From the NCBI RefSeq assembly GCF_030144855.1, contig NC_082724.1, forward strand, positions 47,058,001 through 47,122,000: 64,000 bases of DNA, read 5' to 3'. The notes under the pieces are model-generated. The model made no database searches. It saw only the letters and a list, made by a program, of their open reading frames with translations, and was not told the DNA's origin. Origin of the DNA: Hypanus sabinus (Eukaryota). Shown piece after piece: positions 51,655-64,000 of this stretch. The position numbers and the translations under genes are program-made. Numbering within the stretch: position 1 is the first letter of the stretch; the number at the start of each line of letters is the position of its first letter.

Positions 51655-52982
51655 TCATGAAGGCTTGGAGAGTTGGTCCTTTATCTAATTATTGAAGGTC
51701 AGGGGATGTGGCCAGTTCACGCACCCAAAGCCTATGAGATAGCCTACCATATTCCATAGGGGCAATCATTATGTCTCCTATTCGGTTAAAAAAAAGCTTG
51801 ATTAGAGGCAATCCCATTATCCATAGTACCATACAGATGTGGAGACAAATGGGGAAGCATCTGAAACTCAGAGCACTATCTTTTCTTGTACCTGTAAGAG
51901 CAAACCCCTCTTTTATCCCCCTGTGTATAGATGGGGCCTTTGATGTATGCCAAGAATTAGGGATATGCAGCGTTGAAGACTTATACATACAAGGGATTTT
52001 TGCTTTGTTTCAACAGGACAAATTTGGATTGGAAAAGAGTCATTTTTTCAGGTATCTCCAGCTAAGACACTATATAAGATCACATCTTTCTGGTTTTGAG
52101 ACAGCAGAACCTGATAAGTTAGATAATCATTCAAGATCATGTTCAGGTACAGAACAAATCATCGCCTATTTGTATAATGCCTTACAAAACAATTACCATA
52201 CAACAATGGATTATATTAAAAGAGTGGAAAAAGGAGTTTGGTACAGAGATAGAGGAGGTTCTATGTAATGAGGCTTTCGAGTATGTTAACTTTCGTTCCA
52301 TCAATGCCAGGCATTGTTTATTACAATTTAAAATCCCACATAGACTACATTACTCAGAAGTAAGGATTCATAAAATATTCCCAAAGGTGTCCCCAATGTG
52401 TGAGAAATGCAAGTGTTCAGAGGAAATTTTGTTACATAGTTATGCTTTATGTCCCAGGATACAAGAGTATTGGAAGCAAATATTTGAGGTCCTATTGAAG
52501 GCACTAAAGGTTCAGATAATACCGGACTCCATTTTAATAATTTTTGGAACCTCTGCGAGGTCAAATAAATTCCAGGCTACCCAGCAACAACTCCTGACCT
52601 ATGGCATAGTTAATGGAAAGAAACTCATACTGATGTTCAGGAAGAAGGAGGAAACTCCATCATTGGCTGCATTAATGGTTACTCTGCATCTAGAGAGGAT
52701 AAGATACGTTATCAAGGACAGACTCGAGGAACTTGAAAAACCTGGCACCCATTACTGTTGTGTTTAGAAGAGACCGACAGCTGAACCAAGCGTTGGGGGT
52801 TGCAGTAGGACCTAACCAGCACATAAGGGAGGGGCAAGGGGAGGGAAGGACTGGGAAGGGGAAAGGAGATGGGGTGGTATGTTGTTATAAGAAAGAAAAG
52901 AAAAAAGAAGCATTGTACTCTAGGACATTGTTTGTTGTGGTTAAGCTGATGTTGCTTCACAATAAAAACATTTGGAACAAGC
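51655..52982 (+). mobile_element. L1 ORF2 3' remnant (different, older family)
   Basis: FFRYLQLRHY, INARHCLLQFKIPHR, CEKC-x8-H-x4-C, LHLERIRY; 3' end cacaataaaaacatt. Confidence 0.88.
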
Positions 52983-53639
52983 CCATGAGATGGGTATTTA
53001 CCTAAACATTTTGTGTTGCCCAAAGTAATATATTTTGGTTGAATAGGGCTATTTCTTTAGGTGGGGCTAGGAGAATCACCTAGTATGTGATTGGAAGAGA
53101 TATTTAAAGGTAGCTTATCTTCCAATTACATGTGCCTCGACTGCAGTTTATTCCCACAGAAGGGAATCACAAAAAAATTAAATACTTAAAGTAATATTTG
53201 TCTTCATTTTCCAAGGCATGTTATCTTCTATTAATAAAGCATTGATGCGATGTAATATCTCATGTCCAAAGGCATTATGATGCTATTTACTTGGGGCAAT
53301 ATTGTTGTTCTTAAAATATAGAATTGTTTACCCCCTCCCCCCTCCACCAGTAAAAATAAATTACCCTCCTTGATACAGTCACTTAGGTGACCAGCTCAAA
53401 TGCAACTTAAATATCTAGTTATAAATGTGAAGCTGTCAGTAATAGGTTCTCAGGGAAGAAAACATTTTGAAAATATATGCATTCCTTTATGGAAACCTTG
53501 ACATAGCTCATGCATGCTGCATATTTGAAAATGAAAAGGCTGCAATGTGATAGGAGAAGAGGTGACCTCGAATTATGATTAATTCCTATCATGCTGGGTT
53601 TCTTGGATGCAAATAGAATAAATTACTTGGCAAGCCTGT

Positions 53640-54025
53640 TCTTGAGTTTAGCAGAATAGGGGGTGATCTTATTGAAACATATGGAAATCTTACAGGGTCT
53701 GGTAACGTAGCTGCATGGACATTGTTTCCACTGGATAGTGTGTCCTGAAACAGATGTCACAGTCCCAAAATAATTCAGGACAGAGATGAGAAGAAATTTC
53801 TTCTTGCAGTAGTTAGAAAATCTTTGGAGTTCTCTACTCAAGCATATTGTGCATGCTCAGTTGCTGAGTATATTCAGGACAGATATAAATGAATTCTTAA
53901 GGGAGTTGTGAAATGTTTTCAGTGCAGAAAACTGGTGCTGAAGTAAAAGATCACCCATTATCATGATGAGTGAAGGAAAGGCACAATGGGACAAAAGGTC
54001 AGCTCGTGTTTCTATTTCTTATGTG
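53640..54025 (+). mobile_element. Old CR1 3' fragment
   Basis: ggggtgatcttattgaaacata, gagatgagaagaaatttcttc, cctatttcttatg-type tail. Confidence 0.7.
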
Positions 54026-54719
54026 TTTATTATACGGTATAACTACATAAAAACCATCAATTTTATTGCTGAATATTGCCTACATGTTACATTGGGTTAG
54101 GTTTCTTCTTGTTCATTCTATCATCAATGCTGCATCTAAACCTACTGTGGGTCCTCTTTCAGCCATATTTCCACTTGCAGGACATTACATCCCTTTTAAT
54201 AGATACAGAGACAGAATCGGACACAAGGATATGCTCACAGTTGTCACAATCTTCAGACTTTAAATGCAGAATTGCAGGGCAAATATTCAACATTATTGGC
54301 TTGATGTTTGTCCTTCCTGTTATGATTGTGGCAATATGTTCTACATTACTTGTAAAGTTATGGGATAGATCAAAAATTTCAAGATCATTTATCATGTTCT
54401 TTGTATATGTTTTGTTTGACCCCTGCTTCAGAAGAGAGAGTCAAAGATTCATAGTGCACCACGACACAGAAATAGGCTTTTCAGTCCATCTACTCCATAC
54501 TAAATTTTAATCTGCCTAGTTACATCAACCAGCACCCAGTCATAAAACAAAATTAAAGTTTACAAAATTTAATTTTGTTTCAAAATTAAAACAAAAATTT
54601 ATGTTTGTTTTGTTTTCTATATTTTCTACTTCATTTTTCTCTTGCCACCATTTCTTCCCCTCCTCCCTTTCTCATTTTGACTTTCTTCCTCAATTTTCCT
54701 TTTCTTCCCCTGCCATGGG

Positions 54720-55680
54720 AGAAAAGTTAACAATGACTAAAGGTGTCATACCAGGATACTTAGAAAAATTTAGAACTTATTAAGCAAAGTCAACATTGTT
54801 TCTGAAAGGAAAATCATGTTTAGTCAACTTATTATGGCTAGAAGAAGTGCTGTGGAATGGGAATATATACACTTTTCCTATGTTGTTTACTCATGTTAAA
54901 CATAAAAGGTTTTTGGAGAAATGGAAGTTCACAGTGTAGGAGGAAAGATATTGAAGAACATAAAAGATTGGGGAACAGGAGACAAGTAATAAGCATAATT
55001 GGGTCTTGTTTCTGGTTGGCTGGTTTGTACATGTTTATGTAAATGGAAGAAGACACCAAAAGATACATAGATAGGATAATAACTTGCTGATGAGACAAAG
55101 ATAGGATAATAACTTGTGAAGAGGATATAAGAAAGACATTGAGTGAGTGGGCAGAGATGTGGTGAATAGAGTATGATATTTAAACATCCATTTCAGTAGG
55201 AGTAATGAAAAGCATTTTATCTAAATGCTGAGAGATGAAATGCAGAGCAATATGACTAACCATAATTCACAAAAAAACCTACGAGTATACAGCAAGTAAG
55301 GGAGAAAGCTAACAGAATTTTTGCTAGATAAATTGAATACAAAAGTAAGGAAGTTATGCTTCAGTATTATAGGGCATTGGTGAGACTTTAGGAGCACTGT
55401 ATACAACATTGGTCTTACTTAAAGAAGGATGTAAAGCTGTGAGACTTTAATATTTTCCAGGAATGAGCAGGTTGTCTTAGGAGTGGATTGATCAATTTGG
55501 ACCTGTATCTACTAGGGTTTAGAAGTGTGACTGAATACTTGATTCAATATATAAAATCTTGAGGGCCTTGGCAGATTGGATTGGAAGAGGTTCTTCCCTC
55601 TTATGGAAGAAACTAAAACTTTGTTCAGAAATAAGGTATTATCCATTTAAGGCACAGCTAAGTGTGTTAGGGATTATTCA
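54720..55680 (+). mobile_element. Old CR1 remnant
   Basis: Degenerate ADxTKIG, EWAEMW, LYRALVR motifs. Confidence 0.6.
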
Positions 55681-55727
55681 GGAGTTTGAATTTATGTGAA
55701 TTTAGCAGATATTAATTCAAGTAAGAT

Positions 55728-55861
55728 CCCAAACAAGAGAAAACCTGCAGATGCTGGAAATCCAAATAACACACAAAAATGCTGGAGGAACTCAAAAGGC
55801 CAGGCAGCATCTATGGAAAAAAGTACAGTAGACATTTTGGGCCAAGACCCTTCAGCAGGAC
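55728..55861 (-). mobile_element. Short PLE terminus
   Basis: Reverse complement begins gtcctgctgaagggtcttggcccaaaatgtctactg and runs to the ctgcaggttttctc tail. Confidence 0.85.
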
Positions 55862-56784
55862 CAATTCAATTGAGAAAGACTTTTCTGTTTTTACTGTAAG
55901 TTACAAGTAGTAATCAGTTTGAAGTTAAAAGGACAGTTTTGCAGACAAACATCACTGTCTATGGAGCACAGCTGCTGGACGACAGCAGGAGTCTGGTTGC
56001 TAAGAGATTTTCTCATATGCATCAGCCAAACGTTAGACGATTGGATTATGTTAGCTAATCTATCAATACTTGGGATGTTTTTGTCCTCAGAGAGTCAGCC
56101 CCCACAATACTAAATCTTGGATGTCCAGGTTTTCAGTCCTCAAAAGATTTTTTGACCATTTGTGTGAATTAATTTGACAAGAAAATATGTTTGAACCTTC
56201 AGACATGTCTTAGCAAGTATAATGTTCTTCCACTGTGAATATGTACTTCTTAGTAACTGTTTGTCAGACACAAAATATTGAATTAAGCAATGACATTGTA
56301 GCTTTTGAAATTAGATTCAATCACCTACTGTTACAGTTGTCCTCAAGAGTATAAAATGTTGATGTACTTTGACTTTGAGAAACTCTATCAAGAGGGTCAC
56401 CAAGAGAATGTCTGTTCATTGTGATGAATAAAGACTTTCATACCCACCGTTTTATCCAGTGACTTAGCTGAAGTCAAAATAGGTTATTATTTCTCTCAGA
56501 GTGATGTGTCTTTGGAACATTCTTCACTCAAGGGCAGAATCTCTGGACATTTATTTCAGTAGATTCTTGATAAACAAAGAGATAACCAGTTACAGAGGAG
56601 AAAACTATAATGTGGAATTGAGGTTGCAGTCAAATTAACCATGATCAAGTTAAATGACAGCAGATTCAAGGGCTGTCTGGCTGCCTTCTACCCTATATAT
56701 TTGGATGATTCTCTCACTGGTCATGTTTCATTATCCAAGTGTTTGGATTTGCTGCAAACAGTGTGTATTCTCTTTCCTTGCCAG

Positions 56785-56922
56785 GTTTTGATACCTACTT
56801 CACAAGCCGGACTTTGGAGAATAATCGAAGAAATGTCTGGTTTGCAGAGTTCTGGGAAGAGAACTTTGACTGTCAAGTGACACGAACTGGTTCAAAAAAA
56901 GACACAGCCAAAAAGTGTACAG
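56785..56922 (+). CDS. Internal coding exon of a group III metabotropic glutamate receptor (GRM7-like; Venus flytrap domain)
   Basis: Polypyrimidine tract + CAG acceptor (tctttccttgccag, ends 56784) and AG|gt donor at 56922/56923; 138 bp, phase 1-1. Encodes (G)[45 protein letters not shown](G), matching the group III mGluR motif LxNNRRNxWFAExWEENFxC. [15 protein letters not shown] and GSKK favour GRM7, but the paralog is not certain. Confidence 0.93.
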
Positions 56923-57712
56923 GTTATCAATCTTTCTTTCTATTTTCACTGTCGATTTTCAGAAATGAGACTCATGAATGCAACAGTTTAGAGTCAATTT
57001 TTTTAATGAAATTTGATTAAGTTATGCAGACGAAAGAATGTATGGCGTAATGTAACCGCCACACTGACATTATTCTTTCATATTTTATGAGATGACATAT
57101 TCCATTTTGTATTTCACATATCAATAATGTAAGCATACTGCAGATTTGAGTTTAACATATTTTAACAAAAGGGGAAAAGTGCTTTTCATTCTGACTTTTA
57201 ATACAATAGGTACATCATTATCACTGATATGTAATAAATTGGTTGCATAGCTGAATTCATTATTCTGGAACTGACGTGAGAGTAGTCATTTGTCTTAGCT
57301 GACTCAGATGATTAGGTATCAGGTGTTCTTTCTGGGTTTGATAAAAAAAACAATCACAATGTGCACATTAATGGGTCTGGCTGATCTTCATACCAGAAGC
57401 TATTTGGTTTAAGGTATTTTTTTCATTCGTTTTCTTTTATTCTCTTCCTGAAGTGCTAGCTTACCAGGGGTTATGTTTCCACTGGCTATATTTCTGAGCG
57501 TAGAAAGTGGGTAGATCATTTGTTCAGGGATGGCGCTGAAACTCAGTCTGAATCTATCATTTTATTTCTAATATATATCGTCATTTAACAACAGGATCAG
57601 GAACACCCCTGTTTATTTTCCCTCCTCAAGGCTAAAGGATTCTCTTGTGATGGAATACTCATAGAACTGTTATGTTCACATGAGCTAGCAGCATATTATT
57701 AATAGTATGATA

Positions 57713-57803
57713 TTCCTGATCGTGGGTCAAAATGTCAACTCTATTCCTCTCCGTAGATGCTACCTTACCTGATGAGTTCCTTCAGCATTTTGTAGGTGTT
57801 ATC
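57713..57803 (+). mobile_element. Short degenerate PLE terminus
   Basis: tcctgat...aaatgtcaactctattcctctccgtagatgct...gagttccttcagcattttgt. Confidence 0.65.
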
Positions 57804-58420
57804 TGTGCTGAGCTGGGTATTCTGGGCTTCCAGGGTGGAAACACACACAAAATAGTACACAATATGAATAATGCAGGAGTGTTTATTTCCTGAAATAAGT
57901 GTGAATGAACACCTGCATGTATAGTCATTGCAGCCTGGGAACATTACTTATGTGCAGATTAGCTGGCCCCCACTGAATTAGCTGTCATCAAAAAAAAAGG
58001 AAAACCTTCAATTCATGAGGGAGGCAGAGCAAATTTAGACGTAGAACTTGTAAAAGCAACTGAAACAAATAATATTATTACAACGCTGATTAGTATTCTT
58101 CTCCCTTCTCCCCTCACCCCAAGAAGAAGTAAATGAGGATAATTAAAGCTTTATATAGAAAGCATACATCTTTCTGTTAACAAAGTTATACTTCCTGAAC
58201 AAAATTTGCAAGGCTTGGGTAAAAAGATATAAGATTAATTGGATTGTTCCTTCAAAGAGTTCACACAAGAATAGCAAGCAAAATTACTTCTTTAATTCCC
58301 ATGATTCCATTCAGAAATCACAAACTATGAATGAAATTTCACATAACTTCACTTGGGACCAGGATTTAGCACATGGGAGGAAGGAGTTATGTTTGTGGAG
58401 ATAAACATATGGAATACCTC

Positions 58421-58613
58421 TGAGATGAAGAATGAGGTTCCCATAATCCAGTTTGGTAATGAATGCTGGATTGAGTTATTAGATTATGTGATTTCTCATA
58501 TAATAAGCCAGAAGGTAAGTGTATGGTTTATTGCTGAGATGAAGCATGAATGTTCATGTAATCCATTTTAGTAATGAATACTAATCTGAGTTATTGAACG
58601 TGTGTTCTCTTAT
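58421..58613 (+). repeat. Diverged tandem duplication (~80-bp unit, period 114)
   Basis: tgagatgaag..taatcca..gtaatgaat..tgagttatt..tgtg..ttctc.tata at 58421-58500 and 58535-58613. Confidence 0.7.
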
Positions 58614-59119
58614 ACTGGTGCTAAACTGAAACCATATTTGCCCCATTAAAGCACAGATAGATAAAAGGAATCCAATGTCAATATAATGATAACATTCCTC
58701 ACTCAACCATCAATTAGTTAGTTCTATAATGTTACGTTTGGATTTTCTCTGCACTCATTTCTGAAGCCTTTTTCTAAGTACTGATGACGTGGTGTGTGGA
58801 TAATAGATGAAGATGCAATCGATATTTGAATTCAGAGCTTGCTTTTTTAAATCAGTTTGGTTAGCACATGGAAGCAATGTTGTTTGTATAGAATCATAGA
58901 GCATTTACAATACAGTAGCAGGTCAAGAGATTCATCATATTCATGTCACTGTTCAATTTAACCCTACCATAAAACTTGAGCCTTAGCCCTAGAGAACAAT
59001 TAAAAAAAAAATAAACATACAAGCACATTTTACATGCAATGAGGGTTTCTGCCTCTAGCATCCTTTCAGGCAGAAAATTCCATAATCCCACTCATGGAAA
59101 AAATATCATCATCACCATC

Positions 59120-59444
59120 AGGTCTCTGGCTCTATGGCTCAGAAGTGAAGGGGGTAAGGGAGTAGAGGGGAGCAGTAATGATAAGAGGTTTGTTGGTTAG
59201 GGGATCAGAAAGGAAGTTCTTTGGACGAGAACCAGATTCCCAGATGCTGTGTTGCATGCTGGGTGCCAAGGTCAGGGATATCTTTGAATGAGTCTGCAGC
59301 ACTCTTAAGTGGGAGAGTGAGCAGCCAGAGGTCATGGTCCAAGTAGGTTCCATTAACATGGGTAAGAGGTGTGACAAGGTCCTGCAAAGTGAGTTCAGGG
59401 AGTTAGGTGCTAAGTTAAAGGACAAGAACTGCAGGGTTGTGATC
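59120..59444 (+). mobile_element. CR1 ORF1 (SGNH/esterase-type) fragment
   Basis: LVRGSERKFFGREPDSQMLCCMLGAKVRDI...EQPEVMVQVGSINMG...LQSEFRELGAKLK..RVVI resembles the CR1 ORF1 esterase region. Confidence 0.75.
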
Positions 59445-60815
59445 ATGACCAGTAATATATTAAAATTGTGCACTTGGAACATTAAGGGGAGTCATTCACC
59501 AATCAGGAGAAAGAAAATCCTACTAAACCTGAAAAAGGAAAGGGTGGATATAGCTTTATTGCAGGAGACACATTTAAATGATAAAGAACATCTAAAACTG
59601 CAACAGAGTGGATTTGATCAAGTCTATTTTTCATCCTTTAACACCAGGAGTGGCGGGGGAGGGGGGGTGGCCATTTTAATTAAGAAGAACTTACCTTTTA
59701 AGTTATTAGACAGCATTAAAGATAAGTATGGGAGATTTGTGATTGCTAAGGCTTCAATATATGGAGCGGATTATGGTATTCTCAATATTTACTGTCCTCC
59801 AGCTCATCCTCTTAAATTCCTAACAGATGCTTTTTTCCAAACTTACAAGCTTTTCAATACAAAACATTATTGTCGGTGGGGATTTTTTTCTCTCATGGAC
59901 CCATTGATGAACAGAGTGCCTAGTGGTCCCCCATTCCCTTCCTCACAGTCCATAACAATCATGGGCTTATGTGGAGAACTAGGACTTGTGGATATCTGGA
60001 GGTAGTTACATCCCTCAGACAAAAACTTCACAATTTTTTCTAATCTACACAAGTGTTATACCAGAATAGACTTTTTTCTAACCCCCCAAAATGCTCCTAG
60101 ATTTAGTTGTATCCTACACAATTGGAAATATCACTATTTCTGACCATGTAACAGTATATTTAAATATTAAGCCCAAAGATAATTCAGCACAATCTAGACA
60201 TTGGAGGCTGAATCCTTTTATTCTAAAAGATAATAAATTTATAGACTACTTCCGAATTCAAAACTTTCCTATCTATTAATTCCAAATCAGCTAGTAGTCC
60301 ATCGATGCTCTGGGAAACCGCTAAGGCCTATGCAAGGGGATTAATTATCTCCTACTCCGCTAGTAAGAAGTGACAAGCTGCGGAACAGCAGCGCCTAGTG
60401 GAACAAGGCTTACGGCAGCTGAAAAGGATTATACTAATAAGCCTTCTGCAGCCAAGTTACAGATTATCACAGCCCTATGCTATACACTAAACTCTTTACT
60501 TACACAAGCAGCCAAAAGAAAATTGATATTTGCTAAACAGTGATTGAACATGGTGAAAAACAAGGTAGGTATTTGGCTTACTTAGCTAGAAAGAAAAGCG
60601 CCTCTCAGACTTCAATTAGGGATAGGACTGGGGCCCTCACTAGTAATTCTAAAATGATTAAAGTTGTGTTTAAGAATTTTTATTCTAAACTGTATCAATC
60701 TGAGTAATGTAATGATGGACAATCTAGGATGGAGTCTTTTATCAGGAATTTAGATCTCCTAGGCATTTCTTCTGAACAAGAGTCCCTCTTCAATGCTCCA
60801 TTACCTTTTCAGGAG

Positions 60816-63072
<2,257 letters not shown>

Positions 63073-64000
63073 CCGTGGACAGCTTGGTGGTTTCCTTATA
63101 TGCAGAAAAGTCCTTTGATCATGTCGAATGGCTGTATCTTTTTTTTCACTTTAGAATGATTTGGTTTGGGCAATAATTTTATTAAGTGGTTGAAGGTTCT
63201 TTATAACGACCCTTTGGCTGCAATTCTCATTAATGGTATTAGGTCGGATAATTTTAATATTCTGAGGGGCAGCCGGCAGGGCTGCCCTTTATCACCACTA
63301 CTTTTCACACTAGTGATGGAGCCATTGGCTGAGGCTATTCGGCGAGACCCCAAAATATCTCCTCCAGACACAGGTAAAGTCACGTAAAATTACATTGTAC
63401 ACAGATGATGTTCTCATTTTCTTATCAAACCCTGCTATATCAGTGCACGACCTTATACAATGCATCGATTCATTTAGCGCCTTTTCGGGTTATAAAATCA
63501 TCTTTACTAAATGAGAGGCTATGCCTCTGGGGAACCTGCAGCAGGTACCTGACACTTAGTGTGTTTTCCCCTTTAAATGATCGCAGACAGGTTTTGTTTA
63601 CTTGGGCATCGTTGTCACACCTACATTTGATAAATTGTTCATAGCTAACTTTACACAGTTATTTGACAAAATCAAACAGGATCTTGAGCGATGTAGCACT
63701 CTTGGCTTGGCCTAATATCCTTGCTCAAAATGAACATTCTTCCTCATCTGCTCTACCCAGTATGAATGATTCCAGTCATTTTTACCCAACAAATACTTAA
63801 AAAATAAATGGCTGATTTGTTTCTTTCATCTGGAACAAAAAAAAAGACCCTGTATTAAAATGTCTTAAGTTACAGTCTAGGAGGTCTGGATTTTCCAGGC
63901 ATCAACAAATATCAATTAAGTTCCTTTTTATCTTACATGGTTGATGGGTTTGCAGGGACCCCTCCTCAAGTTGGCTAGCCATTGAAGTTTCACAAGCAAA

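Noticed and set aside
54076-54510. 144-aa hydrophobic ORF and the Cys-containing antisense ORF
   Set aside because: No recognisable domain or splice structure; a piggyBac-like Cys-rich remnant was considered but could not be supported.
54545-54580. 13-bp AT-rich inverted repeat
   Set aside because: Low complexity; probably a repair or slippage scar at a repeat junction.
55069-55116. 18-bp direct repeat agataggataataacttg
   Set aside because: Local duplication within a decayed CR1; no further copies.
17343-57803. Recurrent gatgctgcctggcctgctgagttcc repeat as a CRISPR array or tRNA-derived SINE
   Set aside because: Dispersed in both orientations, with no regular spacers and no A/B boxes; contiguous with the PLE coding remnant at 45060-46697.

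Overview
Eukaryotic, repeat-dense vertebrate DNA. The CR1/Rex1/V-SINE/Penelope repertoire suggests a cartilaginous fish, probably a ray or skate (inference). The window is almost entirely intronic. The only host coding sequence I can support is one 138-bp phase 1-1 exon (56785-56922, +) of a group III metabotropic glutamate receptor, most like GRM7. The rest is mobile-element derived: (1) a young full-length L1 LINE (4068-10315) with a 15-bp TSD, 5' YY1-like motif, intact ORF1 and ORF2 broken by one small deletion; (2) two further L1 remnants; (3) an IR/DR-type Tc1 interrupted by a Rex1-like LINE; (4) a Charlie/Buster-type hAT nested in an L1; (5) nested Tc1-type MITEs; (6) many CR1 and Rex1 fragments and V-SINEs; (7) about 10 loci carrying the terminus of a Penelope-like element (PLE). 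The least obvious signal is in these PLE termini. They carry a minimal hammerhead-ribozyme motif (AGUC-CUGAUGA-A-GGGU-loop-GCCY-GAAA-CG-UC-GACU), with the catalytic core still intact on the mGluR sense strand at 51447-51474. They also recur as head-to-head palindromic insertions with target-site duplications, in which only one arm carries a ~30-nt tail. Family assignments come from recalled motifs, not database searches, and boundaries of old repeats are approximate.
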